Position numbers and translations under genes: made by a program. Positions 19,586 through 28,630 of a DNA stretch of 64,000 nucleotides are shown piece after piece; positions within the stretch are counted from its first letter, which is position 1; the number at the start of each line of letters is the position of its first letter. This stretch comes from a virus (taxonomy: Duplodnaviria > Caudoviricetes), in the IMG/VR virus record IMGVR_UViG_3300014204_000137, positions 34,586 to 98,585 of that record. The stretch is one strand, 5' to 3'. The notes below the pieces were generated by a model. That model searched no databases. It was given only the letters and a program-made list of their open reading frames with translations, and had not been told where the DNA came from.

Positions 19586-20128
19586 ATGTTGGAGAAGATG
19601 GCTGTAAGAGATAAAGTTGTGACGTATCTCGCCGGACCCATGGAAGGTGTTACAGCAGATAACGCAGTTGAGTGGAGAGATAGAATTACCCCAAAACTAA
19701 AAGAGTTTTTTGGCGACAACATTATAACTGTAGATCCATGCAAGACAGAATCTGCTAAGTTAGAAGGACTAGTAGAAGAAGGGATGGACTTAAAGGATTC
19801 AAAAAAGATCATGAAGGGATGGAAAGATACTGGTAAGTGGCGTCAGTTTGATACTGCTATGAAACGAATTAGAGAAGCAGATTTAAAAGCAGTTAGAGAT
19901 TCCGACTTCATCATAGTCTACTTAGATTTCAAAATCATTATGGGTGGAACTATTTCTGAAGTAGAACACGCATACGATTGGGGAATTCCAATCTACGCAG
20001 TCATCAAAGAACCCTCTGCTGCTAATAGTTGGGTGCTAGGTACAGTTCGACAAGGTGGAAGATATTTTCCAAACTTCACTCAATTACTAGAAGCGGTAAC
20101 GAAAGATTATGTGAGGTTCAAAAAATGA
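19586..20128 (+). CDS. Second NDT-family protein
   Basis: YLAGPM, WR, DL.AV..SD.IIV, GT..E...A. Confidence 0.85.
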   Translation: MLEKMAVRDKVVTYLAGPMEGVTADNAVEWRDRITPKLKEFFGDNIITVDPCKTESAKLEGLVEEGMDLKDSKKIMKGWKDTGKWRQFDTAMKRIREADLKAVRDSDFIIVYLDFKIIMGGTISEVEHAYDWGIPIYAVIKEPSAANSWVLGTVRQGGRYFPNFTQLLEAVTKDYVRFKK

Positions 20129-20508
20129 ACTTGAAAATTACTATTCTTAGAGAAGGCGATGATGGACGAGGAAATATCATTACACCCGATGCTTGCAAAA
20201 GTTTAGTAGAACGATTTAACAAAACTCCCGAGAAGATGTTTATCAAGTTAGGAGGAACCCCAATTAAGTTCGGCACTGTTAATTCATTGCAGCATGATGA
20301 AGAGAAGAGAGAAGTAGTAGGAGAAGTAGACCTTCATCTAGACTTTTCTATAGGAGGTAGAGTAGTATCTGATATTCAACTACCTCACGGAAGAAGCATT
20401 GTTGATTGCGAGTTAAAAGGTATCATAGCAACACTTACAGGAGGAACATTCCAAAATGGACAAGCAAGCGACGATTCAAAAAATAACAAAGATAGTGGAG
20501 GAGTTTAA
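20125..20508 (+). CDS. Hypothetical protein with prohead-protease-like motifs
   Basis: D..G.II..DA, FSIGG.V, IVD.EL. Confidence 0.4.
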   Translation: MNLKITILREGDDGRGNIITPDACKSLVERFNKTPEKMFIKLGGTPIKFGTVNSLQHDEEKREVVGEVDLHLDFSIGGRVVSDIQLPHGRSIVDCELKGIIATLTGGTFQNGQASDDSKNNKDSGGV

Positions 20509-20833
20509 AGGACATCCTGAGTTTCTCAACATCGTAGTTGAAATGCTTGAGCTGCATAGCAGAAAGTCTAACGACTACGCCTCTGAAGAAAGTCCCTTTT
20601 CAAATATAGAACTTTGTGAACGAGCAAAATTTGACGCGTGGAAAGGAGTCATCATACGTTTAGGAGATAAGTACTCCAGACTACTAAATGCTCTAGCGGG
20701 TAAACTATTTAAGTGCGAAGGGGTAGAGGACGCTTTCCTAGATAACGCTTGCTACTCCATCATAGGACTTATTGAGTATAGAAAAGCACAACAGCAAAAA
20801 ATAACTGGAGCTACTGGTCCAGCAAAGAGGTAA
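20456..20833 (+). CDS. DUF1599 / nucleotide-modification-associated domain 1 protein
   Basis: K..DY, PF.N, G..IR..DK..RL, E..ED...D...Y. Confidence 0.8.
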   Translation: MDKQATIQKITKIVEEFKGHPEFLNIVVEMLELHSRKSNDYASEESPFSNIELCERAKFDAWKGVIIRLGDKYSRLLNALAGKLFKCEGVEDAFLDNACYSIIGLIEYRKAQQQKITGATGPAKR

Positions 20834-20835
20834 GT

Positions 20836-21093
20836 ATGGAACTACTAATTAAGATTTGCGATATTTTAGCATGCGTAACTACAGTTTCTGGACTACTACT
20901 AGTTACGAGGCACTATAAGTGGTGGATACTTTATACGTCTTCTAACCTCTTCTACTTAGTAGTTACACTTCATTCTAAACTACCAGGACTTACGTTACTA
21001 GGAGTAATCTTATTTTTTGTTGGAATAAAGAATTACTTTACTGAGAAGAAGAAATTCGAGAGGAGTAACCAAAATGGAATACTTAACAGCTAA
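20836..21093 (+). CDS. Small 3-TM protein, half-PnuC-like
   Basis: Three hydrophobic segments; W..Y...N..Y pattern. Confidence 0.5.
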   Translation: MELLIKICDILACVTTVSGLLLVTRHYKWWILYTSSNLFYLVVTLHSKLPGLTLLGVILFFVGIKNYFTEKKKFERSNQNGILNS

Positions 21094-21442
21094 GAACATA
21101 GTAGGAATCCTAGTAGTCATCACTGGAATATTGGACGCTATAAAATATTGGATACAAGCAAACAAGATTAAACGATTGCGATCTGCAAAAGGAATGTCGC
21201 GTAGATTTATTAACTTTGCAATTCTTAGCGATTTAACTAAAATAGCGTACTCATTTCTTATACGAGACATCTACATCTTTTCTATTAGCGCACTCGCGTG
21301 TGTATGCATGTTTTATATGTTTTACGAAATTTACCTTTACTATCCATATAGGAATAGAAAAAGAGACTACTTCAAAAGGCCCAGTCTAATCATCTATACT
21401 ATTAATAGTTTACTACCAAACAAACTTAGAAAGCACTTATAA
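21074..21442 (+). CDS. PQ-loop/SemiSWEET-like membrane protein
   Basis: Y..Q..KI.R.RSAKG.S motif; 3 TM. Confidence 0.65.
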   Translation: MEYLTAKNIVGILVVITGILDAIKYWIQANKIKRLRSAKGMSRRFINFAILSDLTKIAYSFLIRDIYIFSISALACVCMFYMFYEIYLYYPYRNRKRDYFKRPSLIIYTINSLLPNKLRKHL

Positions 21443-21453
21443 GGAATTGGCGT

Positions 21454-21792
21454 ATGCTTACACCAACAAACATTTATCTATTGACTGGACTGTTCTTTGC
21501 AGTAGGTTTCTTAGAAATGTTATTTTGGAGTCTTCAAACAAAATCGCTAGTTAAAGATAGAATATTGAATACTTCCATCTTTACGGGTATATCTGTATTG
21601 ATTTGGTATTATGTAGTTGATAACATTGCAAAAAATATGGGTAGTTGGTCATTAATGGTTGCATACGTAGTAGGATGCATTTTAGGAAATATAGTGACTA
21701 TTAAGTTAGATTCGTATATAGATAAGTTAGCAAGAGTGAGATTATGGAAAAAGAAGAAGAAAAGAAAACAACGAACCCTCAAGAAGAAATAA
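21454..21792 (+). CDS. DUF5698/DUF2179-like membrane protein
   Basis: 3 TM; AY..G...GN.V; basic tail. Confidence 0.55.
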   Translation: MLTPTNIYLLTGLFFAVGFLEMLFWSLQTKSLVKDRILNTSIFTGISVLIWYYVVDNIAKNMGSWSLMVAYVVGCILGNIVTIKLDSYIDKLARVRLWKKKKKRKQRTLKKK

Positions 21793-22007
21793 AGTTATTG
21801 ACATACAATCCAGTTACTGCTCCTGGTGAAGTATTGAAGATTGATCAAGTTCAAGTACCCATACCCATTGAAGTACCGAAAGGAGGTAGTGAAAAAAGAG
21901 AGTTAGAATGGTGGGAAGAAGTTTTATTAACGTTATTTGGAGGTCAGTACGAGCCTGAAATTAAAGAGAACCATAAGGAGTCAAACGATGCCAAGACTAG
22001 AGAATGA
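21744..22007 (+). CDS. Hypothetical acidic protein
   Basis: ORF filling the gap. Confidence 0.5.
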   Translation: MEKEEEKKTTNPQEEIKLLTYNPVTAPGEVLKIDQVQVPIPIEVPKGGSEKRELEWWEEVLLTLFGGQYEPEIKENHKESNDAKTRE

Positions 22008-22578
22008 GTGTGGCGAAGAAAAACGTCGAGGTAAAAAATTTAGATTCAACCTTAAGAAATCACGCGAGTTATATTTATTCACAGAAATATCTAACGAAAG
22101 TATACAAGAACTAGTGGAGGATATTAGAGAACTTGATGCTGTCAAAAAGAAAAGTCCAATCCATTTATTTATTCATTCACCTGGAGGAGATATGGCTTCT
22201 GGGTTTGCTTTAATAGATGTAATACAAGGATGCAAGTGTCCTGTATATACATACGCCTTAGGTGAGATTTGTTCTATGGCACCTGCAATTTTTGTAGCTG
22301 GTACGAAAAGATTCATCTCAAGACATACATACGTAATGCTTCATCCTGTCAGTTGTGGAGCGATTGATTACGTAGAGTTTGCCAAGAGTAGAATCCGTAA
22401 CGCCGAGGCAGCAGAGAAGATGTACGATTCATACTTCAAAGAGCGAACAAAACTTCCTCGAAAGTTGTATGAAAAAGCAAAGTACACAGAATTGTGGCTC
22501 ACTGCAGAAGAAGCAATAAAGTATAAAATCGCCGACGGATACTACGAGGGCAAACATGACAATCGAACAACTGCTTGA
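21988..22578 (+). CDS. clpP: ClpP-like protease
   Basis: I.LFI.SPGG, G..CSMA (Ser), MLHP (His), WLTAEEA..Y..AD; AAGGAG RBS. Confidence 0.9.
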   Translation: MPRLENECGEEKRRGKKFRFNLKKSRELYLFTEISNESIQELVEDIRELDAVKKKSPIHLFIHSPGGDMASGFALIDVIQGCKCPVYTYALGEICSMAPAIFVAGTKRFISRHTYVMLHPVSCGAIDYVEFAKSRIRNAEAAEKMYDSYFKERTKLPRKLYEKAKYTELWLTAEEAIKYKIADGYYEGKHDNRTTA

Positions 22579-22837
22579 TTCTTTAAAAGATCAAATCACG
22601 TATCTTGCCAACTCTACTAAAATACCAGGCATGGATAGAGCAGACGTTAAGCAAGAGATTATCTTAAACATTATCATCGACTTCAACAAACTTCCAGAAG
22701 CTGATAGAGACAAGTATAAAGAGGGATGGTGGTTTAAACGTATGAAGTGGTTTGTAACGAATCTAGCTATCAAAGAAAGTAAGGAGCCCGTCAACCGCTC
22801 AATACGATTGGAGAGTTTAGGAGATGCAGGAAAGTAG
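22556..22837 (+). CDS. Sigma-70 region-2-like protein (N-half of sigma)
   Basis: I..LA...IPG.D..D..QE..L, aromatic W..KR....N, ends SIRLESL like the sigma2 linker. Confidence 0.6.
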   Translation: MTIEQLLDSLKDQITYLANSTKIPGMDRADVKQEIILNIIIDFNKLPEADRDKYKEGWWFKRMKWFVTNLAIKESKEPVNRSIRLESLGDAGK

Positions 22838-23111
22838 AGAAGACTCACCAGTTAGAGATTTAACTGCTGAGGACATATTATCATGCTTATCTAAAAGTGG
22901 CGGGATACACGAGAAAATGGATCTCGAATTTATGGTAGATGAGATCAGTAAAAAATTAACTCGTAGACAAGCTATCATATTGAGATTATTACTGATAGAA
23001 GAAGTTACCCAAACTGAAGTAGGTAAGATGTTGGGATTTAGTGCTCCCACAATATGTTTAGAGATGAAGAAGATTAGGGAAATCATCACAAGTATAATAG
23101 TAAATAAATAA
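22824..23111 (+). CDS. Sigma-70 region-4 HTH protein (C-half of sigma)
   Basis: KLT.RQ..IL.L...E..TQ.EVG..LG.S...I......I. Confidence 0.8.
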   Translation: MQESREDSPVRDLTAEDILSCLSKSGGIHEKMDLEFMVDEISKKLTRRQAIILRLLLIEEVTQTEVGKMLGFSAPTICLEMKKIREIITSIIVNK

Positions 23112-23148
23112 GACATTACTATGTTTTTACTTAGAGAGGAATCTAAGT

Positions 23149-23727
23149 ATGAGTGATTTACGAGATTTAAAAGCGATCGAAAGAAGAAAACAAGTCCGAA
23201 AATATATACGTCAAAGATTGACGCAAGTCGAGATGGCTGAGAAACTTCAAGTAGATGTTACTACTATCTCAGATGATGTAGCAGTTATTCGTAGAGAAAA
23301 TATTTATAACATACTATCTAATAAAGAATTAATAGAAAAAGACACCAAGAGTATCCTAGAGTCTATCAACCAATTAAATGAAATAGACGCAGAATGCTGG
23401 AAAATTTACTATGGCGGTTTTATTATAAAAAAGAAAGATGAAAAAGGTAACCCTATAGACGTAGAAATTCCGCTAGATCCAAAAACAAAATTAGACGCAT
23501 TATCTCACATAGAGGCTAATTTAAAACGACGTTGCGAACTCTTGAAATTAATAAGTCCTCAACAGATTACTATAGAGAAGATGGTATACGTAGAAAAAAT
23601 GATTCCTATTGTAATGCAAAAGTATACAGAAATAGTTTTAGAATACGTACCTAAAGAGAAGCAAGTAGAACTTTTAGACAAGTTAATGACAATTGATATT
23701 GAAGGAATGACCCTCGATGGAAAATAA
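23149..23727 (+). CDS. Putative terminase small subunit (N-terminal HTH)
   Basis: ERR..V.......TQ.EMA.KL.V...TIS.D HTH, then helical body; upstream of TerL. Confidence 0.65.
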   Translation: MSDLRDLKAIERRKQVRKYIRQRLTQVEMAEKLQVDVTTISDDVAVIRRENIYNILSNKELIEKDTKSILESINQLNEIDAECWKIYYGGFIIKKKDEKGNPIDVEIPLDPKTKLDALSHIEANLKRRCELLKLISPQQITIEKMVYVEKMIPIVMQKYTEIVLEYVPKEKQVELLDKLMTIDIEGMTLDGK

Positions 23728-24391
23728 AGAATTAAGTGATGTACAAGATCAAATAGTTGAACTCAAAAAGAAAGAAGCAGAATTGCTTAAGACTACTAAG
23801 GAAAAGTTTTCTGTAAAAAAGGCTTTAAGTTCTTTTAACATCTTAGATCCAATTGCTTGGATGAAATGGTTTTCGGGAGCATTTAGAACAGTAATAGTTT
23901 TAGCTTTAGTAGTAGCTTTAATATTCAGTGCAGGATACTTTAAGGGAGTAGGAGATAAACCAATTAATGTAGGATATAAAGATTTTACTGCTCAAGTAAA
24001 AGCAAAGGATGGTACTGTTCATACTGTTTCAGTTAAAGGAGGAATACTTTACTTTGATAAGCAAGTTGTGCATGGACATGATGTTAAAGAGTTGGAACAG
24101 TTTGGAATTAAAATACGTCCCAAAGTATTTTTTGGAATGGGTACTGCTTTAGAACCAGAAATAGGGGCGGGATTTCAATTACTCAAGTATCAGAAATTTA
24201 ATTTAGATCTCTTTGGAACTCAAAAGGCTTTATATGTAGGAGTTTCTTACGACTTAGATTTTAGTGGTACTGCAGGTACGCTTATTCAAAATTCTAGTGT
24301 AGGTATTGCTGTAGGAAAGTCTTGGAACAGCATGTTCGGAGATGACACCAACGACAACAGAGTTTTATTGTATTGGTCAGTAAAGTTTTAG
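23717..24391 (+). CDS. Membrane protein: TM helix plus C-terminal beta-rich domain ending in Phe
   Basis: TM VIVLALVVALIFSAGYF; alternating beta strands; ends LLYWSVKF. Confidence 0.6.
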   Translation: MENKELSDVQDQIVELKKKEAELLKTTKEKFSVKKALSSFNILDPIAWMKWFSGAFRTVIVLALVVALIFSAGYFKGVGDKPINVGYKDFTAQVKAKDGTVHTVSVKGGILYFDKQVVHGHDVKELEQFGIKIRPKVFFGMGTALEPEIGAGFQLLKYQKFNLDLFGTQKALYVGVSYDLDFSGTAGTLIQNSSVGIAVGKSWNSMFGDDTNDNRVLLYWSVKF

Positions 24392-24394
24392 GAG

Positions 24395-24952
24395 ATGAGT
24401 ATGTTTAATAAAAATGGTAAGGAGTATGATCAAGAGAAAATTATAGAATTGACGATCAGAAATTTAGAAGCAGCTATACACCTGTACGAGTACTCACACA
24501 GTCTTCTTATGTTAACTAGCAGCAATGCGTCAATTTCTACTCTACTCTTGGCAGATTACGCTACCATATATCTTTATCAAATTTTAGGAATGGCTCCAGA
24601 TAAAATTAATAAAATAAGAGTAGTATTGGAACGAGAGCACGATCAAATCATTAATAACCTCTCTCAAGGAAAGAAAGTAGATCCTACACCATTATCTGGA
24701 AAGTTTGAAGAATCGAAAGAAGAGTTAAAGAGATTAGGTATTAACTTTGATCTTCAGATGGGTGATTACTTTACTAATAAGGAGAAGGAAGATTCAAAAT
24801 CTCCAACTAAAGATCCAACAATGCCTAAATTAACAAAAGCACAAATAGATAAAATTATATCGGATAACGCCGACAAAGCCTTAGATGAATACCTTAGAAA
24901 GAAAAAGGAGAGAGAAAATGGATCTCACGGATCCCAAAGCACTCAAAGTTAG
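24395..24952 (+). CDS. Hypothetical protein
   Basis: ORF in operon. Confidence 0.65.
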   Translation: MSMFNKNGKEYDQEKIIELTIRNLEAAIHLYEYSHSLLMLTSSNASISTLLLADYATIYLYQILGMAPDKINKIRVVLEREHDQIINNLSQGKKVDPTPLSGKFEESKEELKRLGINFDLQMGDYFTNKEKEDSKSPTKDPTMPKLTKAQIDKIISDNADKALDEYLRKKKERENGSHGSQSTQS

Positions 24953-25484
24953 TAGGACCTTTTCTTTTGACGAGTTTAAACAGAAGTTAGATGCAAAAGA
25001 GAAATGGTCTAGCGAACATCCCATTCAAGCATTTATCATAGATCTTCCTTGGAAAGTATATAGAGGTTGGCATGAGTACGTAGTACTACTACCGAGAAAG
25101 ATCAAATGGTTTATTCAAAGAGGACGTAGAGGTTATTGCGATTGCGATGTATGGAATATGAACAACCACATCTGCGATGTTATTATAGGAATGGTAAAGA
25201 AACTTCAAAAAAATAAGATGGGTTGGCCTAGTTGTCTTGGAACAGAAGACGAAGGACAACAGAAGTGGAACTCAATCTTAGAGAAAATACTTAAGGGATT
25301 CGAGTTAAAGAGAGATGTAATCAATATGGATGCAATACCCTTCATAGAAGGAGATTCAAATAATGAAGCGTATAGAAAGTCTATGGAAGGTTATGGAGTA
25401 AGATTCATATCAAAGGAAGAGACAGCAGAGATGAACGAAGGATTAAAACTCTTCATAGAATACTTAGATGCACTATGTGACTAA
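24918..25484 (+). CDS. Hypothetical phage protein
   Basis: WF.QRG.RGY.D.D.W, G.P, W..IL.K...GF, GL.LF..Y pattern. Confidence 0.7.
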   Translation: MDLTDPKALKVSRTFSFDEFKQKLDAKEKWSSEHPIQAFIIDLPWKVYRGWHEYVVLLPRKIKWFIQRGRRGYCDCDVWNMNNHICDVIIGMVKKLQKNKMGWPSCLGTEDEGQQKWNSILEKILKGFELKRDVINMDAIPFIEGDSNNEAYRKSMEGYGVRFISKEETAEMNEGLKLFIEYLDALCD

Positions 25485-25818
25485 TAGAATGAGAAACAAT
25501 AAGAATTTACAAAGATACGAGAAACCATTTAAGGAAGAGACTTGCAAGAATTGTGGAAAGTGTTGCCACTACAAGATAAGGTTTATGGGAAAGGTCTACA
25601 TCGACTTAAGCAAGCCTTGTGAGTACCTAGATACAAAAACAAATAAGTGTACAGTTTATGAGAGACGATTAGAGACACAACCACTATGTCTACCACTAAG
25701 AGTAGCAATAGATAATGAGGTAATGCCGAAGGATTGCGGATACATAGTAGAATGGAAAGAAGCTGGCCTACCATATAAAGACCCTATTATAGTAGATAAG
25801 ATGGAATTTCGTCCCTAA
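25468..25818 (+). CDS. YkgJ/CxxCxxCC Zn- or Fe-chelating protein
   Basis: CKNCGKCC, C.YLD....C.VYE.R. Confidence 0.8.
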   Translation: MHYVTNRMRNNKNLQRYEKPFKEETCKNCGKCCHYKIRFMGKVYIDLSKPCEYLDTKTNKCTVYERRLETQPLCLPLRVAIDNEVMPKDCGYIVEWKEAGLPYKDPIIVDKMEFRP

Positions 25819-25857
25819 ACGCATGGATATATTAATATTTATATATAAGAGGAAGAG

Positions 25858-27651
25858 ATGAACAAAGAAGGCAGTAATCCGAAGATAGACCATCCAACGA
25901 ATCTATTCAGAGATAGCCTACTAAAGCTACGTAACGAGCTCACAGACACCAGCCTATGGATAAGAGAAGATGAGAATACTGCGCCCGTAGCGCCTCCTAT
26001 GCCTAGTGTCTTCTTCGAGAAATGGTTAGGCACTCCTGCATCACCTATACAGGCAGAGGCAATAGATACGATATTGGTGGAAAGCGACGGGAAAGGAGAA
26101 CCGCAGTGGCGCTTCGATAAATTTAATGAAGCGTATCTACTATGGGGAGAGGGATCAGGAAAGGACTGGACCAGCAGTCGTCTAATGTGTTACGCACTAG
26201 TATGGCTAACCCATTTGAAGAACCCCCAAGCATACTTCGGCCTGACAGATCCAAAGGCTCCTATCGAAATGGTTAACGTATCCTTCGACGAGGATCAAGC
26301 TTTGTATGTATATTTTAAAGAGTTAAAGAAAGCGATGGCATCTACGATAGATCCACGAGATGGGAAGAACTGGTTTGAGAAGAGAGGTGTGAAGGTAAAG
26401 GAATCATCCAAACAGCAAGTAATTGAGTTACCCCACTTCATCACATGCTACTCACTAAACAGTAGGGAACACAAGATTGAAGGTAAAGGTACACTACTAG
26501 CAGTCTTTGACGAAATGGCAGTATTCAAAACAGACAAGGCAAAGGACCTCTTCGACAACGTTATATCAAACCAGCGCACCAGATTTGCAAGAGCGCACAA
26601 ATTTATAGCACTATCTTATAAGAGAGACGACTACGACTACATGATGGTAAGGTGGGACGAGACTAAGGACGACCCTAGCGTGTACAGAAGTCAGAAGTGT
26701 ACTTGGGAAGTAAATCCTAGAGTCAAGAGAGAAGACTTGCAGAAGAGTTATGATGAGAACCCCGAGGAAGCAGAGAGAAGGTTTGAATGTAAGGGATCAA
26801 CATCCAAGACAGGATACTTCAAGTACAAAGAGAAGATTAAGGAGAACGTCAACAAGAAGAGGATCAGCCCAGTAGTAGAGGAAACAATTCCTATTAGAGA
26901 TATCTTAGGGATCAAGTTTCATGAATGGTTTGTAGGTAATGAGAACTACTCCTACAAGGCTCATATCGATTTAGCTAAAGGTAAAGATACTCAAGGTGAG
27001 AAAGCTGACTGTGCTGGATTTGTTATGGGTCACGTAGAAGGAACAGAAGATGAAGACAAACCTAAGGTAGTAGTTGATCTGATGATGCAATTGAAGGCAC
27101 CCCCAGGTAAGGAAATCATCTTCGAAGACATTAGAGCACTCATCTATAGTTTACAGCAGCACAACAAGTTTATGATTGAGGAAGTAACTCTTGACGGATA
27201 CCAGTCAACCGACTTTATGCAAATACTTAGGAACAAAGGAATAGCAAGTGAACTACTCTCAGTAGACAAAGACGTAAGTGCATACGATACCATGAAGTCT
27301 CTCATATATAATAATCGGCTAGATTACTATTGGTACCCAGTATACATTCGTGAATGTGAAGAGTTGCAATTGATAAATGGTAAAGTAGACCACCCTGAGA
27401 TATCTAGACGGAGAGCTTTAGAAGAGAAAGACGATAAAGGAAGTAAGGACGTGAGTGATGGAGTTGCTGCCTTATGCCAAAGTCTACTAACTCGTAAGGG
27501 AGCAAACAAACCTAGAATGAAATGGATGCCTCTTGAAGGTGGTACTGGATTTGGAGGCAAACCTAACATACTTACTAGGGATCCAAATGCAAGAGAATAT
27601 GGATCAGCCTACGATACAAAAGATACAGGAGTAGAAGACGATGACGATTAG
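25858..27651 (+). CDS. Terminase large subunit
   Basis: Walker A GEGSGKD, Walker B AVFDE, TWEVNP, nuclease HIDLA, T.DGYQS, KVDHP, KD.SD. Confidence 0.92.
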   Translation: MNKEGSNPKIDHPTNLFRDSLLKLRNELTDTSLWIREDENTAPVAPPMPSVFFEKWLGTPASPIQAEAIDTILVESDGKGEPQWRFDKFNEAYLLWGEGSGKDWTSSRLMCYALVWLTHLKNPQAYFGLTDPKAPIEMVNVSFDEDQALYVYFKELKKAMASTIDPRDGKNWFEKRGVKVKESSKQQVIELPHFITCYSLNSREHKIEGKGTLLAVFDEMAVFKTDKAKDLFDNVISNQRTRFARAHKFIALSYKRDDYDYMMVRWDETKDDPSVYRSQKCTWEVNPRVKREDLQKSYDENPEEAERRFECKGSTSKTGYFKYKEKIKENVNKKRISPVVEETIPIRDILGIKFHEWFVGNENYSYKAHIDLAKGKDTQGEKADCAGFVMGHVEGTEDEDKPKVVVDLMMQLKAPPGKEIIFEDIRALIYSLQQHNKFMIEEVTLDGYQSTDFMQILRNKGIASELLSVDKDVSAYDTMKSLIYNNRLDYYWYPVYIRECEELQLINGKVDHPEISRRRALEEKDDKGSKDVSDGVAALCQSLLTRKGANKPRMKWMPLEGGTGFGGKPNILTRDPNAREYGSAYDTKDTGVEDDDD

Positions 27652-27880
27652 AATAAAATGTGAGAGACTTACTCAATCTCAATGGAACGATCCACTAGAC
27701 TTTAAAGGTTGTGGTAAGTATAGGAAACACAGAAATCATAAAGTACGTACAGTTAAGAGTCATCAATGTGATGAAGGAGAAGGACGCTGTATAGATACCT
27801 TCGACGTAATCAGCGATGGAAACGTTTCTAGAAGGTTAAGTGAGTACAGAGATATGATGGGAGAAGGAAATGATAGTTGA
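27641..27880 (+). CDS. Hypothetical Cys/His protein
   Basis: ORF in operon. Confidence 0.55.
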   Translation: MTIRIKCERLTQSQWNDPLDFKGCGKYRKHRNHKVRTVKSHQCDEGEGRCIDTFDVISDGNVSRRLSEYRDMMGEGNDS

Positions 27881-28256
27881 GAAGTTAAAATTATTTATTC
27901 CTTACATACTCATACGATCTAAATACATCTATGATGGGAGTTGCGAATTATATAAAGTTCCTCTACATAGCGATGGTTTCTATAGTCCAGGTAAATTTTC
28001 TTGTGAATTACGTAGCGTAATCTTAATAAGAAAAGAATTATCAAAATGGAAGAAATACTACACTATATTTCATGAATTGGGTCATCACCTAATATGGATA
28101 GTAGGGGGAAGAAGTAAAATCATGTACATATTTCATATCATATGGGATCTAATAGGAGTAGTATTTAAGGCAGTATTAGAAATGATTCTGACGATAATTC
28201 GAAACACTAAAGAATATTTTGTAGTCTATAAAAAGTTATTGAGGTATAATAATTAA
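27870..28256 (+). CDS. HExxH metallopeptidase-like (ImmA/IrrE-like) protein
   Basis: TIFHELGH. Confidence 0.55.
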   Translation: MIVEKLKLFIPYILIRSKYIYDGSCELYKVPLHSDGFYSPGKFSCELRSVILIRKELSKWKKYYTIFHELGHHLIWIVGGRSKIMYIFHIIWDLIGVVFKAVLEMILTIIRNTKEYFVVYKKLLRYNN

Positions 28257-28296
28257 TGTCTAGTACATATATGAGTAAACGATCGGTTGTAGATAG

Positions 28297-28348
28297 TAAG
28301 GTAACTCTAGCACATCCAGCTTTCCCAGTTGGGTGTGCTAGTACCTTA
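28297..28348 (+). other. Long RNA hairpin in intergenic leader
   Basis: TAAGGTA/TACCTTA plus CTAGCACATCCAGC/GTTGGGTGTGCTAG (two G-U pairs), 3-nt bulge, 7-nt loop. Confidence 0.75.
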
Positions 28349-28584
28349 ATGGAGAAACGACGTGGGAATATTTCGCTGTCATAAATGTCATACAGACATT
28401 TTAATGTTTGATGAGAAAGCTATAAGAGAAGACAACTCAGGGATATTAAGATCGCAGTGGTTCAAGTCTATCCAAAGTAACACTCCAGACCCAAAACCGC
28501 AAACCAAACCTGAATGTCCAATCTGCAAAACTAATTTATATTTAGCTTTGTGCGAACTCTGTAAAATCCTACGCTTAAAATAAT

Positions 28585-28630
28585 TTTTATTTTGCTCTTG
28601 ATTTTTCTGCAATTGTAACATATAATTATA
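28585..28630 (+). promoter_or_regulatory. Sigma70-type early promoter, copy 1
   Basis: T-rich UP region, TTGATT(28598)-17 nt-TATAAT(28621). Confidence 0.85.
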
